Origin: Octopus vulgaris
Taxonomy: Eukaryota
NCBI GenBank assembly: GCA_951406725.2
Contig: OX597820.1
Span: 124,248,001 to 124,312,000, forward strand
DNA: 64,000 bases
Direction of reading: 5' to 3'
Under the pieces are notes generated by a model. That model was given only the letters and a program-made list of their open reading frames with translations, did no database searches and had not been told where the DNA came from. The stretch's first letter is position 1; every line of letters starts with the position of its first letter. The translations under genes were made by a program, and so were the position numbers. Positions 1-13,959 of this stretch are shown here, piece by piece.

Positions 1-505
1 ATGTTGTTATCGTGTAATGCCTGTGCAAGAAGATTCTTTTTTAAAGTGAGGAAAAGCTGTGCACTGAGTCAATCCCACTCACTAAGCAACATCAGCCATA
101 ATCCAAAAAGAAGAACAAGTCAAGATCATCGGTGACCACTGAGCGGCAGGTTTTATGTCGGAGTTATCCAAGTTACCTGAGTTACCTTCTCCTAGAAGGA
201 TGCCCTAACAAAGGCTAGGAGTCCTTCACTCCCAGTGGTTTAACCGCGCGATCGGGTATTCAGTCCGATTATTTCTTTGTCCCTGCACATGATACAGCCT
301 TAAGACATTTATTGGATGGTCGTTTACTGTCAAGAGTTCCCCCGCTCTTTGACGGGCTTTGTTTTTCATCCCCCAGGGTGTCCAATAAACACCCTACTCA
401 CCAAGCAAGCTTGGTGGGGTTGCCGGTTTAGTCGCCGACGACCCGACCATGCAACAGTTTGTACTGGATTACATATTACCAGTAGCACTCGAAGGTGACC
501 TGGCA
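1..505 (-). mobile_element. GC-richer, structured 5' region of a non-LTR retrotransposon (RTE-like 5' UTR), running off the window start
   Basis: Minus strand has TAGCCTTTGTTAGGGCATCCTTCTAGGAGAAGGTAACTC, resembling recalled RTE-type 5' UTR motifs, and several hairpins (CACCAAGC-TT-GCTTGGTG; AGGGTGT...ACACCCT); begins at a (TA)n run. Confidence 0.45.
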
Positions 506-519
506 TATATATATATTTT

Positions 520-715
520 TTAACCTTTTTGTTGCATTCATTTGATTGCGGCCATGCTGGAGCATGACATTTAGTCGAACATGTCCACCTCAGGACTTAT
601 TCCGATATTTTCTATTGGATTCTTTTGCTGAACAGCTAGGTTACGGGAACGTAAATACACCAGCAACGGTTGTAAAGCAATGTTGAGGGACAAACACAGA
701 AATACAAACACACAC

Positions 716-716
<1 letters not shown>
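520..716 (-). mobile_element. 3' half of CORE-like tRNA SINE (family 1)
   Basis: GCGGCCATGCTGGAGCA...GTAAATACACCAGCA...ACAAACACAGA aligns by eye to the complete copy at 56674-57075. Confidence 0.8.
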
Positions 717-789
<73 letters not shown>

Positions 790-1600
790 AGATATTTATC
801 AAGTGCAGAGTTCGGGATATTTCGACTTGTGTGTGAACATGAAAGCAGTAAAAAGTCGCCTTCTATTGCCAAGTAAGCTTATAAATTCGAAAGGGGACTT
901 GGCGTTAACCCTGAATTAGACGAAGAACCTGAAACCAGTGCTACCAGGCAAGCAAAACGAATCACGCTCACTACATTGAGAACAGGTAAAAGGAAACTGA
1001 GAAGCGGTGGACCCAGAAGCCCCTGTATGGACAATATATTATCGGAGTTTAACATTAGATTCAGACCAAACCTCAAACCATCAGGTTGAAGTGCTCAGAA
1101 ATGAAGCAAAGAATGGAGGCTTCATATTTACGGCACGTGAGCAAAAGTTACTAACTAGAAGGTACCTAGGTAAAGTTCTCTGAAAGGTTGCTGACCTTAA
1201 ATGGAGATTCTGGACACATTTGACGAAAATAATAGATGCCCAGTAGTGACACTAAATGAATATAAAAATCGAAACGATGGGGTAGAACAGTATCCGTATT
1301 GGAACATACGTAACCACTTCAAATTCAGAACTCCTGATAATTGGAATGAATATCATGACGAGGGAGTCGTTTTAGTTAAACGTGTTACCGTCCTCTAGGA
1401 TTTTCCAATCAACACTGATTGAAAAATCATGGCTAATCGACCAGACATAATTAATAAAGACAGGGATGAAGATACTTGCAGATTAATGTACATAAGTGTT
1501 TCCGTTGCTAAAATATTTCTTTAAAGGAATATGACAAACAGTAAATATAAAGACTTGAAAGTTAAAATATTAGAGCCTTGGATTATTAATGGAATAAAAA
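790..1600 (+). mobile_element. Decayed R4/Dong-type RLE LINE, 3' fragment
   Basis: Disrupted translation GFIFTAREQKLLTRRY...VTVL*DFPINTD*KIMANRPDII...KYKDL, homologous to 29222-30912; followed by (TAA)n. Confidence 0.75.
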
Positions 1601-1689
1601 TAATAAGAAGAATGATGATGATGATAATAGTAATAATAATAATAATAATAAGAAGAAGAAGAAGAATGATGATGATGATGATGTTGATG

Positions 1690-1761
<72 letters not shown>

Positions 1762-1765
1762 GTAA
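1600..1765. repeat. Compound (TAA)n/(GAA)n/(TGA)n microsatellite
   Basis: Directly visible trinucleotide runs. Confidence 0.95.
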
Positions 1766-2489
1766 TTCTTATTTAACATTGATTATGTCGTCTAAAGCTC
1801 CTGTTTCAACTCTCCCGATAATTTTTCTTAGAAATAAATTTCAAGCTCCTATTTACTGACATCTGAAAAGACATTTTCATAGGAAACACTCTATTGTTCT
1901 CGTTTGCAGCTGTGGTTTCTATAGAGAAGCTTATGATGGTTCTTGACAATTGATATTGAATAGTAATGGCGTCGATATGAGGAGAATTTGGGAAGGAATT
2001 TGGAAAGAAGAAACGGTTTGTGTCTAGAAATATGAGAGCCAATTAATCTCCAATTTTAACCGATAAGATCTTAAATCTAAGTGTCTTCATATATAAAAGA
2101 ATGCATTTCGGTATTCTAACAGACTGATAACGGACATGTTAAAAGTCTATTGAAAATGTTTGAGATTTCAACTTGGTGACTTAAGTACTTGATATGAATT
2201 CATAAATCGAATCAATAATCTGACATAACGTGTTTATTGAATGCAGAATCGAAGGAATTAAGATATGTAACATTCAGACTCAAAAACGTTACACAAAGCA
2301 TTTAATGACGAATAAATAATTCTCAAATGTTTTCATCCGCAATAGTAGTTCCCATCTATGATAACGTTCCAGCTATAAGCATCGAATATTTCAAAATTTG
2401 CCTTTTATATATTTATTTTTGTTATTAAAACGATGTATGTGATTATGTTCCCCTGCATTACGAAAAAGAAAGTGCTAGAATGTATTTTC

Positions 2490-2665
2490 CTGAGAAAATT
2501 CTGGTTACCTCTATTACCAGGTCTTTGTATTTTGAAAGTTTTTCCATTTCTTTTAGAGACACGTAGTCATCTGCTGGTATTGATACATCAATTAGAAAGC
2601 ATTTTTCTTCATGATCTCTGACAACTATATCTGGTCTGTTGGCCTTAATTTCTCTATTTTCCTGA
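2490..2665 (-). mobile_element. R4/Dong-type LINE RLE fragment
   Basis: REIKANRPDIVVRDHEEKCFLIDVSIPADDYVSLKEMEKLSKYKDL (PD-(D/E)xK restriction-like endonuclease), nearly identical to 29730-29890. Confidence 0.9.
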
Positions 2666-3090
2666 GTCATTGTTAAGGATCACGTATTGCTCATTTTCTC
2701 ATATTTTTCACATTGGCTCATATATATTCTTATACTGTATTAAACGATGTTAATGACACGATATACTATTGATACATATATAAAAAATTACTACACATAT
2801 AGTATGGTTTTACTTCTATATCAAATATATTTTTCTTGAATTTCGGTTCGGTAATGAATATCTCAACTACAAGAACGTCATATCACTTATAATATATTTT
2901 TGGATATATAGTTTCGCATAATATCTATGATTATTGTATATAGATAATAATTTCGATGAAACTTGTTTACAAACCTGATCAATAGTATCTCATCTTATAT
3001 GATTTTATTACTGATAAAACAGAAATAGCTATAGTCACATAGATCTGATGTAATTGAACTTTTGTAGCGTATACATTCGTGCATGCATAC

Positions 3091-4820
3091 TGTTATGGGA
3101 ATAATAATAATGGAAAATAATGGAACACCAATCCTACGTAACAAGTGGTATGTGTAGTCGTTAAAAATATTGTGACTTAGGAGGTCGAGTGTTCGAGATG
3201 TCGGTGAAGTCGGTTATAGATAGTCGTGACTTTACTTGTCTAACTAATTATACTACTATACCGGTGTGTGCGTTATAATAGTCCGACCTTGGTTTACCTT
3301 GCGGCGACGAGAAATTAACAAACTCACGAGGAGCGTACAAATTTGCAAGGATTAAACAAACTCACTAGGAGTTGCGAACTTTCAAAAGTTTTTTTGTACG
3401 AATTATACGGTATAAAAATAGTAAAATAATGGAAAATTGTTTGCCGGTTTGCTCGAGTTGCAAAAAGAGCAACAACAACAACAGCTATGAGTACAGCAAC
3501 ACATTCTGCAATTAATGAATAGTAAATCGTCCAAAAAGGCTGAAAAGATGTTCTCGCCAGATTATCTTGCACACTCAATAACGGAATGAACCAGATGAAG
3601 GAGTTACCTTCGCGTCGTACCATAGAAGATACGAACAGATAGTCAATAAAGAATACAAAAATTGGGTCGGTGATATTAAAATGCATATAATCCTAAGACA
3701 ACTGGCAGTAGGAGGTCATGAGCGTTACAGTAATTACGTATCCCCCCCCCCAAATCTTCTGACATAAACTTTATAAATATAATAGACATATTATGTAAAA
3801 TTTTCAGCGAGAAAATGCACGCTGCAAAATGTTTGAACGTAAAAAAGCAAAGAGAACTACATTAGAAATGCTGGTAGAGAATGTGAAATGTTTAATCTCG
3901 ACGAATTAACACCAGACATGTTCAAGTGCCTGGGATTTACTCGGGAATTCTCGCTGGCCTGGAACGAAACCAAGCTGTAACCTTACAACAATTGTCAGAA
4001 GCGTGTAAAAGAATAGTAAATCTAAGACACTACACAGAAAGAAATTGAACATAAGATTGCTTCTAAGTGAAACAAGTATGTCGGGAAAAAGAAGACAGGT
4101 AGAAGAGAAATCAAGTGTGTACTAAAATATAGTACATACAAGACAAAAGTCAGAAAACAAATCCATATTTTGCATGTGGAGATCTAGACCTGAGAAAAAC
4201 CTGCCCATTTAAGTAAGTGTAATATTTCCGTTATGGAAAAATTGTACACGTAAAAGCGCCCTGTATAACCAAGATGACAAAACGTTGGAACCAAAAAACA
4301 AAAAAAAAAGAGTAAACAAGATATCGCCGGGAGAAAATGGTAATGTGACAATGAAGACGTTCGTAAATGGGAACATTGAAAATATAAGAGTAAAAATGCA
4401 ATATAAACGTAAAACTGGAAGTGATATTACCATTGTGAATGAAAAAATTTGGGAGTATATCGGAAACCTAAACTGATGTAAATCTACAAAGGTAGAACAT
4501 GGTGTTACGGGTAAAGGATTGTATTTTGTGGGTGAATTTGTATGTATTGTGACATTTCGTGACCAAGTGAAAAACGTCAAGCGTATATGTGATACTCACG
4601 CTTATTAGCCGTTAATACAGACCGTGACTTATTTAAATTTAAGCGGATCGCCTTCGATGTAAAATTGGCTCCTTCTGTAATTCAAGAAGTAGTGAATGCA
4701 ATACTGTCGGACTGTGCTTTTGTTATCGCCTATTTAGACGATATCCTAATAAAAAACGAATAACACAAAGAACATGTAGAACACGTAAAAAGGTTATTCG
4801 AAATCATAGCATAATACACA
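3091..4820 (+). mobile_element. Decayed, internally deleted Ty3/Gypsy LTR retrotransposon (5' LTR ~3091-3700, PBS ~3703, gag/protease/RT remnants)
   Basis: TGTTATGGGA...TCCTAAGACA imperfect inverted LTR ends, AATAAA at ~3645, TGG-starting PBS 2 nt after CA, protease-like VKMQ..TGSDITIVNEKIW (4390-4452), RT IAYLDDILIK (~4725-4755). Confidence 0.75.
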
Positions 4821-4979
4821 TAGTATTTATTCTGAAAAAGGAATAGAAATATCAGTTCTAATATTATTTCCACTCTAATAATTATTATTAATGTAGAAAA
4901 AGTTATCGGAAGCCATTTCTATTCATTTTTCGATATATAATATACTGTATCAGTGACTTTATATTTCTTACTCTACTAT

Positions 4980-5030
4980 ATATGTATGCATGTATGTATG
5001 TATGTACGTATATCTATATCTGTATCTATA

Positions 5031-5080
<50 letters not shown>

Positions 5081-5081
5081 C

Positions 5082-5133
<52 letters not shown>

Positions 5134-5148
5134 ATCTATAGCTATATC

Positions 5149-5183
<35 letters not shown>

Positions 5184-5218
5184 CTATGTATATATCTATG
5201 TATATATGTATGTATATA
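4980..5218. repeat. (TATG)n/(TATC)n/(TA)n compound microsatellite
   Basis: Directly visible. Confidence 0.95.
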
Positions 5219-5224
5219 TTACTC

Positions 5225-5480
5225 AATGAAATTACAATTCAGACTGATTTTCACGTTTTATAGTGTGTAATATTTACAATTTTACAAATTTTCAATACTG
5301 AAATAAACTAGTACTTTCAAGGCAGTCATCAGGTCAACTGTGAAATACGACTGTTGCTACATAAACCTGATGATTGCGTAACGCATGAAGGTACTAGTTT
5401 ATCTCAATATTGTAATATTGTGAAATTGTAAAAGTTGCAAATAATAAAGCGTGAGATCCAGGCTAAATCGTAATTTCATT
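5225..5480. repeat. Diverged inverted repeat (arms ~5225-5334 and ~5364-5480), probable inverted PLE pseudo-LTR pair
   Basis: AATGAAATTACAATTC...ATAAACTAGTACTTTCA..TCATCAGGT mirrors ACCTGATGA...GTACTAGTTTAT...GTAATTTCATT; both arms carry hammerhead cores. Confidence 0.8.
5361..5402 (+). ncRNA. Minimal type I hammerhead ribozyme motif (mutated)
   Basis: ATAAAC-CTGATGA-TTGCG TAA CGCAT-GAAG-GTACTA-GTTTAT: perfect 6-bp stem I and CUGAUGA core; GAAA changed to GAAG. The antisense twin at 5303-5334 retains GAAA and palindromic AGTACT. Confidence 0.7.
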
Positions 5481-5794
5481 TATTATTAAATTCTACTATA
5501 CACACTCATACAAATTCAAAAATATATATACAATCACCTTACATTATATACATATGTATATATGGATGCATATGTACATTTATAATTATCGTCCTCGATC
5601 AAACTTTACACAGTTGTAAGGAATTTTCTGACTTCAAAATGATCAAGATCGGCTGAACTCGTGATTCAGTAAACAAGACTTGATAACTATGTTGGCTGCA
5701 CTTTTCTAAGGTGACTGCAGTTTTCTCTAAGAAAATACGGTCGTAAGATTCGAACGCGTACGAGCGAATGGAATTCCTCAAATATCAAATACAA

Positions 5795-6130
5795 GAATTC
5801 CTGTAATCCATGCTTGCTCCGCTCCATGCGGTTGCTTTATGGCACTGGAGTTATCCCACGTTATTGGCCCCAGACATATCATCAGCTCAACCAGTGTTTT
5901 TCAGCACCGGTGGTTCTGTTCCAGGTCCTCTGCATCCTCCAAGATGATGTCAAGCCTCTTACGATATTCCTTAATCATATCCTGGCATCTGGTAAGAGGT
6001 CTTCCACAGAACCTACCACGGGTCTTCTTCCCTCCCGCAGTTGCATCGTCAAACGACTATAAGGCTTTGATAAGATGATCTAGCGGAAGGCAGATGAGAC
6101 ATCCGTACCAATCAGATGTCTCATCAGACT
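5795..6130 (-). mobile_element. RTE-type LINE 3' end
   Basis: Minus translation WYGCLICLPLDHLIKAL..GKKTRGR..GRPLTRCQDMIKE...LEQNHRC, typical RTE C-terminus. Confidence 0.7.
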
Positions 6131-6524
6131 ACAGGCCTTTGGCTGCATTTATCGATAAAATATTACTTTCGTAAACATCATTGGAGCTAGGTAAGTAATA
6201 TAATCAAGGAATAAGAATTTTATTTTATTTCTTTTAATCTGGCCAGTCTCAAGGGTTGAAATTCTATTTTCCTACCTTCCTCGATGCATTCTGATAATTT
6301 TATTTTTATTAACATTTGTATGGTGTTACATTAAATTTTAACACTGACTCTCAGTTGTGTCTATCTCTATTCACAATATATTGATCTATCTCTCTATCCC
6401 TCTCACTCTTTCTTACCTCTCTGTCTTACCCTCCTTTATCATACCTCTTAATTTATATCTGCATTACTTCACTTTATTGACATTAACAGGTTTATGGGAT
6501 CTCAGCTACAGAAAAATCGCATCT

Positions 6525-6912
6525 CATACCTGTGAGGATGGTGAAGGATTTGTACACATCTCTTCCCTGGCGCATTGAAGCAGTTTTTCAAGATAAGGGA
6601 AGCCACTCGAAATATTGACCATGTACAATAACTTTTTGAAGTGAAAATTATGTCATAAATTTTCATTATAGGCAATTTCTTGTTTAAACCATTGGTTTAA
6701 ATGAGGTGTCCGAAAACTTTGCACGGCCATTTTTGGTGGTCGTCTCGCATTCACCCTTACTTGAAAATATAATGATTAGGTATGGAAATGCCTCCAACAG
6801 GGCCAATGTTTCATCTGTAAAAAACAACAATGTGGAACAACTACTTATCAGTTAGCAATTAGTAGACATTTACAATAGTTTAAAGGTGCCGAAGACTTTT
6901 CCACGGTACTGT
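6525..6912 (+). mobile_element. Tc1-like transposon 3' end
   Basis: LYTSLPWRIEAV...KGSHSKY* C-terminal motif; repeated GGTG(T)CCGAA.ACTTT direct repeats; terminus ...TACTG followed by TA. Confidence 0.7.
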
Positions 6913-6989
6913 ACATGTACACAATAACTTTTGTCTTAAAGAATACAAATCTAAATTCATCAACCACTCATTAATATGTTTAATAAGTC

Positions 6990-8130
6990 CTTCATAGTTT
7001 AATTTAGGCATTAGCAGCACATTTATTTTTGATACCACCATACCATTGTCACGCAGAAATACTATCTCCCAGCGTGTTATAATAACTGAGTCATAGAATG
7101 CTTCATAAACACGAACCAGAACAAAGGATCGCCTTGTAAAATCTCTTTCAAAGGCTATTGCCTCACTTTCGTAACCAATCGTAGCACTAAATTATGCAAA
7201 AGACGTAACCCAAATATCGGAACCAGAAGTTGACAAAATTTTATAAGCAAGAACATTGTGTCCCTTCTGCAACAATATAACTTGGATCAATAAACGGAAG
7301 AAATTCTGTTTCAGCGTATAAACAAACTCAAAAGATGCCGTGGTCTCTAGAGATCTAATAGGATTATGAATACTTAATGTTCTTTTTGATAATAAATCCT
7401 TCATCACCGGAGACGTACATACAGAGAATATTCTGTTCTTCCAATGATTTGGAAATATTCTAAATAATTATTTCGAGAATATGGACCTTTCAAATACTTT
7501 TGATGTTCATTGCAAACAACCAACTACACTGATGTACAAAATCGCGGAAATAACCCTTTCATGAAGCTTACTGGAAACTTAATACGAAGAAATGCATTCA
7601 CAAATCAAGTCTCACTTATCATTAGAAGGTAAGAATGTCTTATGAGATTCTCCACTCTTTCCTCTGCGAGTTATAACTTCAACAATATTTCCTACCAATT
7701 TGATGAAGTGCTCTCTCTAAGAAAATGCCATGAGGCAATAACATGCACTAAATTCTTCATTCTAATTTTCACATTCGGCAGCAAATTTGAGACAAGCTGG
7801 TTAGTCGAAGCTATCACTCCAGTATTACATTGGTACTTCATTTCACCAAACCCGAAAAGATGAAAGACAAACTTCACCTTCGCAGGAGTTGAAATAAAAT
7901 CGTAAGGAAACAGGAAACACCACTCTGTATTTTTCGGAAGTGTAACTATGGTTCAAGCTGCTCACTTTCAGATGTATGTAAGGTTTGCTTTCAACACTTC
8001 GATAAAAAAAAAACCTTTCTACGTTTCCATAAAATGTGATAAAAATTGTATTGCGCAAATATTTTAATGGGAAATTAACAGTCACAAATGAATATTTTAT
8101 ATTTTGTGTAGCTGGTTGTTTGACGAATTG
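6990..8130 (-). mobile_element. Highly decayed LINE remnant, possibly L1/Tx1-type post-RT region
   Basis: Minus frames give FPLKYLR (cf. RT 'KYLG') followed by VFHLF..LLPNV..IASW; no intact diagnostic motif. Confidence 0.3.
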
Positions 8131-8384
8131 TAAATTATACAATGATTTCTGTATTCACATTTATCATATGTTTGTGGGCAGAGAATAATAAGGACGTATC
8201 TTGAGAATTTGTTTGGATATACCTCAGAATATCTATATCAAGTTTGTTCACTTTCCACGTGACATTTCTCTTCCTCTTTCTCTTTTGATATTTATATTGG
8301 AATATCTCTCTATCTATCAATCTACCAGTATGTATGCTTGTCTGTTTGTATATCTATCTTTATCTATCTATATGTGTGTGTATT

Positions 8385-8419
<35 letters not shown>

Positions 8420-9305
8420 CTACACTCAAATATATATAGATACATACACATATGTATATATATGCAGACACACGGTCACACACAAACACGCAGACACACA
8501 AGGTCGAGCACATGCGAGCGCACACACACACACACATAGAGGAAGAGAGAGTTAGGGAAAGAGAGAGAAAAGGCGAGATACAATATATTTTTAGAAAAAT
8601 AGAACGATTACGATTGTATTTCTGATCATACTCTCTCAATATCTTAAGACGCAAATTTCCAGGATACAGTAATATTTGAATGTGTTTCTGCATTGTAAAC
8701 ATTAATATATATGCTATCCATTGAGAAAGTACATCCGTTACGTCTCCACTGTGGGACAACTATCATCGAACTGCAAAAGCGTCCGAAAAGGCATCGGAAA
8801 CATACCATAAATATGCTTGCATTCATAAATGTTCTTATAGCTAAATACCAATATTTAATTCATAATATTTCCTCTGATTTCAAGATGTGCTGGGTCTAAA
8901 TTTCTACTGATTTATTAATGAGAAAACATTAGAGATAAGCATACGAAACTTTAGATAGCGCTAGTGTATTTGCTTAATTCCTGACAATTATATATCAATA
9001 AAACATGCTAATGATTATGAAACAAATTACATACGTAGTCTCCTCATCAAAGACAAACATTACAACGCTCCGTGAGGCGACTTCTTTTACTTTTTCCAGA
9101 ATGCTATGAAAACAGCAACAAAAAGTGTAATATAAAGTGTGATAGCGTTCTAGTTGTTCCCTTTAAACTGTATTTCATTCCTTTGGAATCAAAATGTTTG
9201 CGCATAAAATGTTTACGCACAAATACTCACTCACTCACAAATCCTATATATACATAGAGTGATTTCTAGACTGATTGATAGATAAATGGATACAATGGAG
9301 ATATA

Positions 9306-9676
<371 letters not shown>

Positions 9677-10467
9677 CATCAAAATAACAACAGATGATCA
9701 TTTTACTCCTCCACTTCATCACAATCATCAACAAGAATAACTAAAAATATCCACAACCTTATCATCTACATCATATCATCATCATCATCATCATCATCAT
9801 TCAAGATCAACAGGAACAAAATTCACTAGTAGTCGACTACATAATAATTGCTATAATTTATCGATAGACTACAGAAACCTTTATTCACTAAAACAGTACA
9901 ACATAAAACGAGTGCAAACAGATAATAAAATGTCTAAACAAATATTTCGGTAAATAATACTTATGCGCATACAAAAAAATGCACCGCTCCGACCTAAATG
10001 AACTGTATGCACTCTAGCTGCTAGATATTGTATCTATAATCTCTAGAAAAAAATCAAGAAAAATAAGAGAAAAAATCCAAGCAAAATCAATACCTATTAC
10101 ATAGAGTAAACAAACAGCTATAATAAATATATTCTATATTCCTATATATCGTAAACGCAGCACATGCATTTGAATTACCTAGAGACACTACAACCGAGGA
10201 AGTTTATGAGCTATCAAGTCATGTATCGTTTCAGTGTAGACACGAAAATTACATACTCTATTTACCCAAACGATGAAATAGAGAAATAAAATTGTTCGCA
10301 TTATATGGTTGATAACTTATGTATTTTTACAAATTACAATACTGTGTGTAAATGTATTATGACCCACAAAACTAAGAATGTAAATATATATTTATTTATA
10401 TAGTAATTTATAAAACTAATACCATGGTCTATGAACCAATTTAAAGTGATATCATTGTACAATGGCT

Positions 10468-10475
10468 TATATATA

Positions 10476-10535
<60 letters not shown>

Positions 10536-10570
10536 TCTATATATAAATATATATACATATATACAAATAT

Positions 10571-10613
<43 letters not shown>

Positions 10614-10615
10614 TG

Positions 10616-10691
<76 letters not shown>

Positions 10692-10695
10692 CACA
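10468..10695. repeat. (TA)n microsatellite
   Basis: Directly visible. Confidence 0.95.
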
Positions 10696-10911
10696 TCTGT
10701 CTCTCTCCATATGTAATATATAAAGAATGTAGGCGTTGGAAATACAAGTTATAGTCATGGCACATTTTTCCCAAAATTATTTTTAATATGATCCAAACAT
10801 ATAAAGACTTTTCCTTTTTTCCCCACCGTCACACCAATACATTTGCACTTGTTGTTCATACACATCTCTTTGACTTTTGTTTCTCAATAAATTTCAACTA
10901 TATGTATATTC

Positions 10912-11258
10912 GTGGACGCGCAATGTCTCAGCGGTTAGGGATCGCGATCGTAGGATCACGGTTTCGATTCCCAGTCCGGGCGTTGTGATTGCTTATTGAA
11001 AGAAAAACCTAAAGTTGTACATGATAGCAAGCGTTGCCGTACTCTTTCACCACAACTTTCTCTCACTCTTTCTTTATATTTTGGTTGTACTTGTGTTTCA
11101 AAGAGCCAATTTGTCCCAATCTGTGTCAAGCTGAATCTCCCCGAAAACTACGTTAATGGTACATGTGACTGTGGAGTGCTCAGCCATTTGCACATTAATA
11201 AATTAGCTGATCGGATCACCTGGAACCCTCGTCATCGTAAGCCATGGAGTGCCGAAGA
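10912..11258 (+). mobile_element. tRNA-derived SINE (family 2 head and body, alternative tail)
   Basis: A-box-like TGTCTCAGCGG, B-box-like GTTTCGATTCC; body ACTCTTTCACCACAACTTTCTCTCACTC shared with 22644-22948. Confidence 0.8.
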
Positions 11259-12311
11259 TATATAGACACGCGCTCTTATATATGCACATTCGTAAACACA
11301 CACACATGTAGATTATCAATAAAATGGAGGGGGCTTCTCTACTCTCCCAATGATGTCCCAGCTGAAAATCAAGGATATGACAGGTTATATGAATGAAAGC
11401 TGTACTTACACTAGAGAGGAACTTTGTAAATAGAAATGATTTGGCTAAGAACAGAAGATAAAACCTGACCCTTAAATTGAATCAGTCTTAGGATTATGAA
11501 GGGCAACATTCGAAATACTGGGAATGTGTCTTTACATACATGCATACATACATATATACATACGCACACATACAACATACACTATTATGCTCACAATGAT
11601 ACATACACATTCGCACAGACGGGAACACAAATGCATATGGATGTATGTACGTGTGCATATATATTCATATTACATGTATATATTTAAGAACACTATTAGA
11701 GTTGACACGGATGACCGTTTTGATATAGGACATTTTCAAGTCCATTTATTTAACATATCGAGCTAATTAACTGCTAATTATACATGTACAGAGGAACTCA
11801 CAATCCGTATTAATATCTTTGAGAATGTCTTCGTGTTTGCAATATTTACTAAAAAGCGAAGAAATTCATTTCTAAAATTAAATCTATATAGAATCGAACA
11901 ATAAATGCTTAAATTAAACGAACGTTTCTCTATGGTTTAAAATTATCATGGCATTTATCTTTTTACTCTTGTAAAAGTTTGAATGCAATAACTACAATCG
12001 AAAAATCTATGTCGCCATAACAGGCTTTGGATTAACAAAGTACGGATGACTTATATGCTTCGTGAATGCTGTAGGCAACAATGTGGTGAATGAGCATCAC
12101 TTCAGAATTTTTGTCGACTGGATAAGTTTGAACAATACATGATTATGGTGAAGTGATTGGTGTTGTCTGTCGTGTTACATATGGCTATGATTTCGAGGTG
12201 AATCACAAATGTCGATTATAATGCAGCCAATTTATGGAATGCAGATTTTGTCGCCCCCACACACATGCGCATTTATATACAGGAAAATATACAAATATAT
12301 ATACATATGCA

Positions 12312-12349
<38 letters not shown>

Positions 12350-12355
<6 letters not shown>

Positions 12356-13522
12356 ATAGAAAAGAGTGAAACAACTACACAAGGCTTGTTTTATAATGTT
12401 AAAGAATATATTTAAGTCGTTATGTTAGAAAAATGTTAGAAAATTTTGCATATAGTAACATAGTCTTTGGAGAAATTACCTGTTTCGTGTTAACTTTTCA
12501 AATTTCTCAAATCTCTTTACCTACATCGTGTCATATCTTCGATATGAAGTGCAAGGATGAGTTCCTGGCAGGGGGAGGTAATAAGCGATTTCTTCCGGTA
12601 AAAGGGAGATAATCGCTTTATAATTATTTCCCCTTTTTTAATGAGATGAGTTTCTTTGTATAAGAATGTTAGGATGGTTAAGTTCAGGGTTATATTTTTT
12701 CAATGAAGAATGTTTCCTTGTTTGTGTTGGTGTTCCAATGGCACATTGATAGAATGAAAAGATTGAAAATCGTGGTAGTAGTTGCTTTGCTCACTAAAGG
12801 GTATCATTCTGTATTCTGGGAATGCAATCTGTTGTCGATGCAGAGTGCATCTGCGTCTGCGTGATAATCCCGTGGACCCCACGTAGTTCTGGTGGCAGCC
12901 CGAGCACCTTATCACAAAAATTATGTTTTCAGGGGCACAAGTAAAATTTGATCTGATCTTGAATATTTGTCCCTCTTTGAAAAGGAATTCTGATCCTTCT
13001 AGAAGGTTTGAGCATGTTGCGCAGTTAGGTCTACCACATTTTTAAACTTTTGCTTCTATTATTTCAGAATACAATTTTGCCTTTGTGAGAATCTTTTTAA
13101 GTGATTTATGTTGTTTGTAGCTGTTAATGAGTTTATGTATGTTTAGAAATTCCTTTAATTTGGGGTCCTTATGAAGTATTGGTAAATTCTGGGTGATGAT
13201 CGTGAAGGCTTCTTTGTTTCTGGGGTTGTATGTGGATATGTAAGGTAGTATTTTCGGGGAAGGTGTGTTGTTGTGTTGAATTTTTCTCAAAGTCTTTATG
13301 TCGATTTCTGTTGCACGTCTGATCCCATCGTCTATGAGTTGAACTGGGTAGTGTCTGTCAATTAGGGTGTTTTTGAGTTCTTGCAGTCTAAAGTTCCTGG
13401 TATTTTGTTCTGAGACTAATGTGCATATCCTTCTTCCAAGGTTGAAAGAGATGTTTGTTTTAGTGTGTCTTGGGTGGCAAGAATCAAAAGGTAGGTATTG
13501 TTTGGCGTCTGTGGCTTTGCAA
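12350..13522 (-). mobile_element. Penelope-like element, 5'-truncated (RT thumb, linker, GIY-YIG endonuclease)
   Basis: KATDAKQYLPFDSCHPRHTKTNI, LPYISTYNP, CGRPNCATC linker, NIIFVIRCSGCHQNYVGSTG..RRR..LHRQQI; 3' end abuts (TA)n. Confidence 0.9.
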
Positions 13523-13664
13523 AAAATACAATAAAATGTCAGTAATCATAATCATGTTTATAGCAATAGGTACTAGTATTTATCATAATATATTGCTTAT
13601 CAATTTAATATAATTTTTCACTTACTACTACTAGGCATTTCAGTCAATCCGCCTATTGTCTAGA

Positions 13665-13880
13665 GTAGGTTGTCAAGCGATGTTGGGGGGACAAACACAC
13701 ACACACAAACACACATATATATGCATATATACAACGGGGTTCTTTCAGTTTCCATCTACCAAATCCACTCACAAGGCTATAGTAGAAGACACTTGGCCAA
13801 GATGCCACGCAGTGGGACTGATCCTGGAACCATGTGTTTGGTAAGCAAGCTACTTACCACACAGCCACTCCTACGCCTAT
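13665..13880 (-). mobile_element. CORE-like tRNA SINE (family 1), 5' part
   Basis: Minus strand AGGCGTAGGAGTGGCTGTGTGGTAAGTAGCTTGC...CTTGGCCAAGTGTCTTC. Confidence 0.85.
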
Positions 13881-13959
13881 GAAGGAAAGAAAGGTATTCT
13901 AGCAAATATCAAAGCATTTTGAAAAAATTTGTCCTGCTATCGAAATTTTATGCAATTAT

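Noticed and set aside
2965-3040. CTGATCA...GAAATAGCTATAGTC possible decayed hammerhead
   Set aside because: Core mutated and stems unconvincing; cannot be supported by eye.
6092-6128. Minus-strand CTGATGA followed by a GACATC/GATGTC stem, hammerhead-like
   Set aside because: No GAAA or stem III follows; it is a local inverted repeat at the edge of the RTE fragment.
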